IMG/VR virus record: IMGVR_UViG_3300036985_003763
Span: 1-53,196 of that record
Reading direction: 5' to 3' (one strand)
Length of the DNA: 53,196 nt
DNA from: a virus
Taxonomy: Duplodnaviria; Caudoviricetes
In this document: in pieces, positions 52,387-53,196 of the stretch
How positions within the stretch are numbered: the first letter of the stretch is position 1
How the letters are laid out: each line of letters opens with the position of its first letter
Notes under the pieces: generated by a model
The model's database searches: none
Told to the model about the DNA's origin: nothing
Seen by the model: the letters and a program-made list of their open reading frames with translations, nothing else
Translations under genes and position numbers: made by a program

Positions 52387-53046
52387 ATGATGGAAATTAA
52401 ACATAGATATACAGGTGAGGTTTTGCGCACGATTGATGCAGACACCTTGGATGGTGCTAACTTGATGGATGCTAACTTGCGTGGTGCTTACTTGCGTGGT
52501 GCTGACTTGCGTGGTGCTAACTTGAGTGGTGCTAACTTGATGGGTGCTAACTTGATGGGTGCTGACTTGCGTGGTGCTGACTTGATGGGTGCTAACTTAA
52601 GTGGTGCTTACTTGCGTGGTGCTGACTTGATGGATGCTAACTTGCGTAGTGCTGACTTGCGTAGTGCTAACTTGATGGATGCTGACTTGCGTAGTGCTGA
52701 CTTGCGTAGTGCTGACTTGCGTAGTGCTGACTTGAGTGGTGCTGACTTGCGTAGTGCTTACTTGCGTGGTGCTAACTTGAGTGGTGCTAACTTGAGTGGT
52801 GCTAACTTGATGGGTGCTAACTTGAGTGGTGAAATTTTAAAGAAAACACCTATCGTAATCTCAAACTTAACATGGGATGCGTTAATCACTATGGAATACT
52901 TAACTATTGGATGCCAACGCCACACGCATGAAGTATGGGAAGCGTTCACTGATGATGAAATATCTAAAATGCAAAGTAGAGCCAGTGAATTTTGGAAAGC
53001 TAATCGAGAGTGGTTATTAAGTGCTTGTAAATCACATAGGAGTTAA
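52387..53046 (+). CDS. Pentapeptide-repeat protein
   Basis: About 25 A(D/N/Y)Lxx repeats encoded by 15-nt DNA repeats; C-terminal IGCQRH domain. Confidence 0.92.
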   Translation: MMEIKHRYTGEVLRTIDADTLDGANLMDANLRGAYLRGADLRGANLSGANLMGANLMGADLRGADLMGANLSGAYLRGADLMDANLRSADLRSANLMDADLRSADLRSADLRSADLSGADLRSAYLRGANLSGANLSGANLMGANLSGEILKKTPIVISNLTWDALITMEYLTIGCQRHTHEVWEAFTDDEISKMQSRASEFWKANREWLLSACKSHRS

Positions 53047-53050
53047 ACAA

Positions 53051-53196
53051 ATGACTAAAGACGAAGCATTAAAGATGGCGATTGAAGCGTTGGAAATGCA
53101 CGTTCCTCATTACATAAAAGATAGAGGATGCGAAGCAATCCAAGCCTGTAAAGAAGCATTAGAACAGCCAGCACAAGAACCTGTTGAGCAAAGCCC
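53051..53196 (+). CDS. MTKDEALK-start protein (runs off window)
   Basis: MTKDEALKMAIEALE...KEALEQPAQEPV. Confidence 0.7.
   Translation, partial: MTKDEALKMAIEALEMHVPHYIKDRGCEAIQACKEALEQPAQEPVEQS

Overview
This window is most of the genome of a lytic-looking tailed dsDNA phage with podovirus-like architecture; no integrase, repressor, tRNA or CRISPR array was seen. The + strand at 1-3.8 kb carries an SNF2-type helicase and a TOPRIM primase/SF3 helicase. The - strand at 3.8-41.8 kb carries the late genes: terS, terL, portal, GroES-like protein, scaffold, capsid, adaptors, tail fibres, a secreted Cys-rich module, holin and lysozyme, tail tube and ejection proteins (one with an SLT domain). The + strand at 44-53 kb carries early genes: ardC-like, gp88-like, many tiny ORFs and a pentapeptide-repeat protein. 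Six free-standing endonuclease genes are present. The most notable items, none in the ORF track, are: (1) a 23-aa PqqA precursor gene (42879-42950), suggesting a methylotroph (Methylophilaceae-like) host; (2) a pseudoknotted ncRNA candidate and two three-way-junction leader RNAs sharing an antisense loop; (3) phased 7-bp GYRC-NNN arrays flanking a probable genome end and recurring about every 2 kb inside early genes; (4) strand-specific loss of CTC/GTC over about 4 kb of early genes; (5) endonucleases inserted into gene overlaps that rebuild the disrupted starts; (6) cassettes sharing an MTKDEALK start. All counts and family calls were made by eye, without database searches.
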